Of a stretch of DNA of 64,000 nucleotides, positions 57,470 to 64,000 are shown piece after piece; position 1 is the stretch's first letter, and each line of letters starts with the position of its first letter. Under the pieces are notes generated by a model. The model was given only the letters and a program-made list of their open reading frames with translations, searched no databases and was not told the DNA's origin. The stretch is from Eledone cirrhosa. Lineage: Eukaryota. A program made the position numbers and the translations under genes. The stretch spans positions 76,322,001-76,386,000 of the forward strand of contig OZ024743.1 of assembly GCA_964016885.1 (NCBI GenBank). Direction: 5' to 3'.

Positions 57470-57739
57470 TTATATAACAAAGAAAGTGTGGTAAGAAACC
57501 AGGTGGACCATAACGCACCAGAGTACTCGATACTTACGGCAGTAGAGTGGGTAATAGGAAAAGAGTCATGACACCGACGGCTGAGCTCCGGCCATTTCGA
57601 CAGCTAGATCCGAACTCAGTATGGTTTTCTCAACGCATCAACTGCAGATAAATTGTAATACACAATGTTTCATTGATATTGAAAAATCCTTCCAAATTGA
57701 AAATGGAATCTAATTGTTAAGGGTACTTCTGGGTTATCG

Positions 57740-58521
57740 GATTACAAGTGTAGTTATATTTACTGGTGCACTCTCTAATATAAGATATTACAAGCTGAGT
57801 TATATTTATTGGTGCACTCTCTAATATAAAATATTACAAGTGTAGTTATATTTACTGATATACTCTCCAATATCAGATATTACAAGTGTAGTTATATTTA
57901 CTGATATACTCTCTAATATAAGATATTACAAGCTGGGTTATATTTACTGATGTACTCTCTAATATAAGATATTACAAGTGTAGTTATATTTACTGATATA
58001 CTCTCTAATATAAGATATTACAAGTGTAATTATATTTACTGATATACTCTCTAATATAAGATATTACAAGTGTAGTTATATTTACTGATATACTCTCTAA
58101 TATAAGATATTACAAGCTGGGTTATATTTACTGATGTACTCTCTAATATAAGATATTACAAGTGTAGTTATATTTACTGATATACTCTCTAATATAAGAT
58201 ATTACAAGCTGGGTTATATTTACTGATGTACTCTCTAATATAAGATATTACAAGTGTAGTTATATTTACTGATATACTCTCTAATATAAGATATTACAAG
58301 CTGGGTTATATTTACTGATGTACTCTCTAATATACGATATTACAAGTGTAGTTATATTTACTGATATACTCTCCAATATGAGAGCTGGGTTATATTTATG
58401 GTGCACTCTCTAATATAAGATATTACATACTGAGTTATATTTACTGATATACTCTCCAATACACTCTCCAATATACTCTCCAATACACTCTCCAATACAC
58501 TCTCCAATATAAGATATTACA
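57740..58521. repeat. 46-bp minisatellite with alternating variants
   Basis: attacaagtgtagttatatttactgatatactctctaatataagat alternates with attacaagctgggttatatttactgatgtactctctaatataagat. Confidence 0.96.
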
Positions 58522-58668
58522 TATTTCTTTGATATCAACTTATATCTTAACCTATTCTCATTCAATTCCTCGCCATAATTATTTCTTTCTAGCATTGATA
58601 CAAACCCAGCAACTTGAGGGATAGAGAGAGTCAATTATATTACTTCGCTTGTATTATTAGTCAGGGAT

Positions 58669-58990
58669 CGGGCAGTGGATTGGCAGTATCGGTAGAGCGT
58701 CGCACAAAATGTTTTTCAGCATTTAGTTACGACCCTTTACGTTCTGAGTTCAAATCCCGCCGAGGTTAACTTTGCCTTTCATCCTTACGGGGTCGATAAA
58801 ATAAAGTACCGGTCACGCACTGGGGTCGATTTGATCGACTTTCCCCTCCCCAAAAATTGCTGGCCTTGTGCCTATACAAGAAGCCATTATTATTATTAAA
58901 TCAAGGGTCGTTAAAATAAAGTACCAGTAATGTACTGGGACAATTGCTGGCCTTGTGCCAAAAGTAGAAACAATTATTATTATTATTATT
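58669..58990 (+). mobile_element. Family-A SINE plus a SINE tail fragment just upstream of the Wnt exon
   Basis: Full copy at 58669-58895, second 3' fragment at 58905-58990 ending in (tta)n. Another partial copy at 60340-60432. Confidence 0.87.
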
Positions 58991-59018
58991 TACCAGTGTG
59001 TTTCTTTCATCATTTCAG

Positions 59019-59287
59019 CCAACAAAGAAGCCGCCTTCAGCTTTGCTATCGTGTCTGCAGGAATAGCTTACGCCATTACACAAGCCTGTAGCCGTGGTAA
59101 CTTAAACCGGTGTGGATGTGACAAATCAAAGCTTCCAAACTATTCACACCACGGATGGAAATGGGGTGGCTGCAGTGCTGATGTAAAATACGGTCTGTCA
59201 TTTTCTAGAAATTTCGTAGATATCAGGGAATTTACAGAAAACGCCAGAGCATTAATGAATGTACACAATAACCGAGCAGGTAGAAAG
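59019..59287 (+). CDS. Wnt7: Internal exon of a Wnt ligand, most similar to Wnt7 (equivalent to vertebrate WNT7A/B exon 3)
   Basis: Translates to (A)[89 protein letters not shown], with Wnt motifs [11 protein letters not shown] and LMN.HNN.AGR. Acceptor is tttctttcatcatttcag| (phase 1) and donor is AAG|gtaggt (phase 0). Subfamily assigned from recalled Wnt7 sequence. Confidence 0.92.
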
Positions 59288-59909
59288 GTAGGTGTTTAGA
59301 TTATCACTCAACAGATTTCTTTTATCTTTTCTTTCTATGATTATTTCAATTATTTCAGATATTTTGATTGATTATTGGATTTCTATATCGATTCTAAGGT
59401 TTGTTTGTTGTTATTGTTGTTTTTGTTGTTGTACTTTGCTGTTGTGTTTTTATGTTTTGCTATGTAGCTTTCTAGTTTCATTGGGACTTTTATTTCCTCG
59501 CGTTACACAATTAATTAAGGTTGAAGGGAAATGTTAGATAGGTCTTTGTATCACCACAAAAGGCTCTTTTTCGTGTAAAATAGGTTCTATAAGGTCCCAT
59601 AAATTATGTATTCATAGATTCGTAATTCCTGGTGTAGTTGCCGGGCCGTTGTAATGACATATGGTGTAGCTTGGGTATTTTAAACCTGGTGGAGCCCATC
59701 CTCTCTGCAAGCCGGAATACAGCTGATTTCCTCCAGAGAAGGAGAGTACTTGATAGACAAGAAGTGAGAAACAATTATAGAGAAAGAACCAGCCCAGTAC
59801 TGGACTGGTACTTTTATTTATTGACTTCGGGGGGAGGTAAGTTAAAGTTGAATTCAACAGAATTTAATCACAGAAAACACAGAGTGCCCGCACGAATGCA
59901 CCGCAATTT

Positions 59910-60200
59910 ACTCCGATGTTCTATCTACCAAATACCGGTCGCTCTCCGACAGGTTTGCGGTTGTACCCTTGGCAGTGGAGACTTCTGGAGTCCTCGGCCC
60001 TAGGGCTACCTCCCTACTCACCACAATCGGCGCTGAGCTGGCCAGCCGTAGGTGTGAGCCCCGTGAGTTGGAGTGGCTTTTCCAGAGCGTCTCCCTTGCC
60101 GTCCTCCGGGGAAACGCCTTCTCCATTCTGTCCGCCGGGGCTGTGGGGAGACAAGCCGATTATATTACGAATGCTGTTGAATAGTCTTAGATACTTCAAT
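59910..60200 (+). mobile_element. CRE-like RLE retrotransposon 3' fragment
   Basis: TKYRSLSDRFAVVPLAVETSGVLGPRA..WLFQSVSLAVLRGNAFSIL is a typical CRE-type RLE C-terminus. A weaker copy lies at 42093-42190 (-). Confidence 0.78.
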
Positions 60201-60823
60201 AAAGCATACATATATATATATAGACAGTTGACCACCTTCCTATATGGAAGTTAAAACTAGATATAATAACGTTCATGTCTTCTTTCTCACAGATATTAAT
60301 GATTAACACTCGTGAAAGATTATAAGGCATTCATTCCGGCTCTCTGCTCTTGAGGTTCAAATCCCGCCGAGGTCAACTTTACCTTTCATCCATTGGAGGT
60401 CGATAAAAACAAACCAGTTCAGTACGGGGGTCAATTCTTCCTCTATATTTCCTTCTCACATTCTCTCTCTTATTCTCTATATTTTTCTGGGAGAAATCTG
60501 TTGTATTCAGACCTGGAGAGGAGATGAGCCTCGCCAGGCTTAAAATATCCAGGAACCGCTTTATATCCCACGGTACCCTAGACTCCCTCAGGAGTTGGGG
60601 ACTATCACATCATATTAACATCACAAAATATATATAATAAACGTTGGCACATATTCTGTGATGGAAGGGAGTTCTTGGCTTGGTTCTAGAAAGTAGGTTT
60701 TATTACATTTGGAAAATAAAAATATGATATATGTCATAGAAAAAGAGAGAAAGTTTATTTAAAATATAGTATAAGAGTTTGACAAACTCATCCATTTTAT
60801 CAGAACTGCAATATCACTTGAAT

Positions 60824-60942
<119 letters not shown>

Positions 60943-61445
60943 GTCTGCCTGTGTGTGTATCTGTGTGAATGTGTGAAATGTTTGACTCTGTGTGTGTCTG
61001 TTTGTGTATGTATCTCTGTCTGTGCGACTGTGTATGTGTGTCTATGTATGTCTGTCTGTGTCTGTCTGTATGTGTGTCTATGTGTGTGTGTCTGTCTGTG
61101 TGTCTATCTCTGTGTCTGTGTGTATGTGTCTGTGTGTGTGTTTCTGTCTGGGTATGTGTATGTGTGATTTCTGATGTGTTATTTTGTAATTGTTGTGTTT
61201 GTTGTTATATTTCAGTACCTATAAATAATATATCGTATATAATATATAATATATAATATATCGTATATAATATATAATATATCGTATATAATATATAATA
61301 TATAATATATCGTATATAATATATAATATATAATATATCGTATATTATATATAATATATAATATATCGTATATAATATATAATATATCGTATTTATAATA
61401 GCTGCAACTCATGTCATAAGTCTGTTACACTATTGTGTATTATGG

Positions 61446-61833
61446 CAAACATTGTCATATATATTCTATGATATTGTATACTGTGACATAATATATTATA
61501 TGTATTATACCAAATATTGTCATATATATTCTATGATATTGTATACTGTGACATAATATATTACATATATTATACCAAACATTGTCAAATATATTCTATA
61601 ATATTGTATACTGTGACATAATATATTATATATATTATACCAAACATTGTCATATATATTCTATGATATTGTATACTGTGACATAATATATTACATATAT
61701 TATACCAAACATTGTCATATATATTCTATGATATTGTATACTGTGACATAATATATTACATATATTATACCAAATATTGTCATATATATTCTATGATATT
61801 GTATACTGTGACATAATATATTACATATATTAT
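61446..61833. repeat. 65-bp minisatellite, ~6 units
   Basis: caaacattgtcatatatattctatgatattgtatactgtgacataatatattacatatattatac. Confidence 0.95.
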
Positions 61834-62196
61834 ATATTCTGGCATTCTTCGCCCAATTCCTAATCTAGTCTTTTATATTCTGATAGAAGAAATATTCCTT
61901 TTTAGAAAGTTGCCCTTTTCGCAGGAATTTACTCCATATAAGAAATTTGTCAAGAAATAAATATATATCTTTCTGTATGTGTGTATATGTGTATACATGT
62001 GTGTATATATGTGTGTATATATGTGCACGTATATGTGAGCAAGTATATGTTTCTACATGTGTATACATGTGTGTATATATGTGCGTATATATATGCAGGT
62101 ATAATATACATATATATAATATATATAATATATATAATATATATATATATAAATATATATATATTTATATATATATACATATAAACATGTATATAT

Positions 62197-62326
<130 letters not shown>

Positions 62327-62342
62327 ATGTACATATATATAA

Positions 62343-62380
<38 letters not shown>

Positions 62381-62386
62381 ATGTAC

Positions 62387-62430
<44 letters not shown>

Positions 62431-62431
62431 T

Positions 62432-62470
<39 letters not shown>

Positions 62471-62650
62471 GAATATATATATGCATATATGAATATATAT
62501 AGAGAGAGATATATAGATATAGATATAGATATATTCATAAATGTAAATATGTACGTATCAGCCGTACTAAGAGTGAGAAATGAAATTCCGTTTCATACTT
62601 TTCCGATATATTCATATATATATATATATATATATATGTTTATATTTATT

Positions 62651-62850
<200 letters not shown>

Positions 62851-62885
62851 TATATACATATATATATATATACATATATATATAC

Positions 62886-63211
<326 letters not shown>

Positions 63212-64000
63212 ACGTATATATATATTCTTGTAGATAGTGAAATGTCTGGGTGGGGGGGGGGGGGGGGGGGGTTAAGTGAAAGAAATTCTCAACAGCTGGT
63301 TATCCCAAGACATAAGACGATGGTCGCTCACTTTTGACAAATGTGTTTTAAACTCTCTTCTGATTGCACTGACTATACAACAAAACACTTTGTAGTCATT
63401 GGTTGTTGTTGTTGTTGTTGTTGTTGTATCTGTCCTGGCTGCTCTTGCTGTTCTTCTCTGGCGGCTTATTTTTATTTTAAATCAAGTGTTAGTACCAGCT
63501 AACACAACACACACAACACACACAACACAACACAACACACACAACACACACAACACAACACAACACACACAACACACACAACACACACAACACAATACAA
63601 CACAACACAACACACACAACACACACAACACAACACACTACACACAACACACACAACACACACAACACAACACGACACAGCACACACAACACATACAACA
63701 CACACAACACAACACAACACAACACAACACAACACAACACACACAACACATACAACACACACAATACATACGACACACACAACACAACACTCACAACACA
63801 GACAACACACACAACACACAACACACAATACACACAACACACACAACACAACACTCACAACACAGACAACACACACAACACACAACACACACAACACACA
63901 ACACACACAACACACACAACACACACAACACACACAACACACACAACACAACACACACAACACAACACTCACAACACAGACAACACACACAACACACAAC

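Larger units (their letters stand above)
57240..57472. repeat. Diverged palindrome, ~110-bp arms
   Basis: tcgaaagatcgtcagatatgcttct..agaagcatatctgacgatctttcga, with several arm mismatches. Confidence 0.93.

Noticed and set aside
58955-59018. N-terminal [11 protein letters not shown] of the Wnt ORF
   Set aside because: Derived from the SINE tail and intron upstream of the splice acceptor.

Overview
AT-rich, microsatellite-saturated animal genomic DNA. The SINE families and repeat landscape look like an octopus/coleoid cephalopod (inference). The only host coding sequence is one internal Wnt exon (59019-59287, +) that matches Wnt7 in sequence and intron phases, so the rest is probably intron: at least 59 kb upstream and at least 4.7 kb downstream. 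The intron holds decayed retroelements (R4/Dong-like, Tx1/L1-like, RTE, CRE-like, and a Penelope-like element with GIY-YIG), tRNA-derived SINEs, DNA-transposon relics and several minisatellites. The most notable signal is a dense set of type-I hammerhead ribozyme motifs: about 15 recognisable cores plus degenerate and half motifs, from several unrelated sequence families. They have palindromic stem III, some have very long stem II, and one family has a U3-A8 core. Many lie in near-perfect 100-420 bp fold-back palindromes embedded in (TA)n with a shared long-arm/short-arm layout. One lies in the 3' UTR of the Penelope-like element, which ties the system to Penelope-type pLTRs or retrozymes. Most long ORFs in the track are repeat-translation artefacts. 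All alignments were done by eye and no activity is demonstrated.
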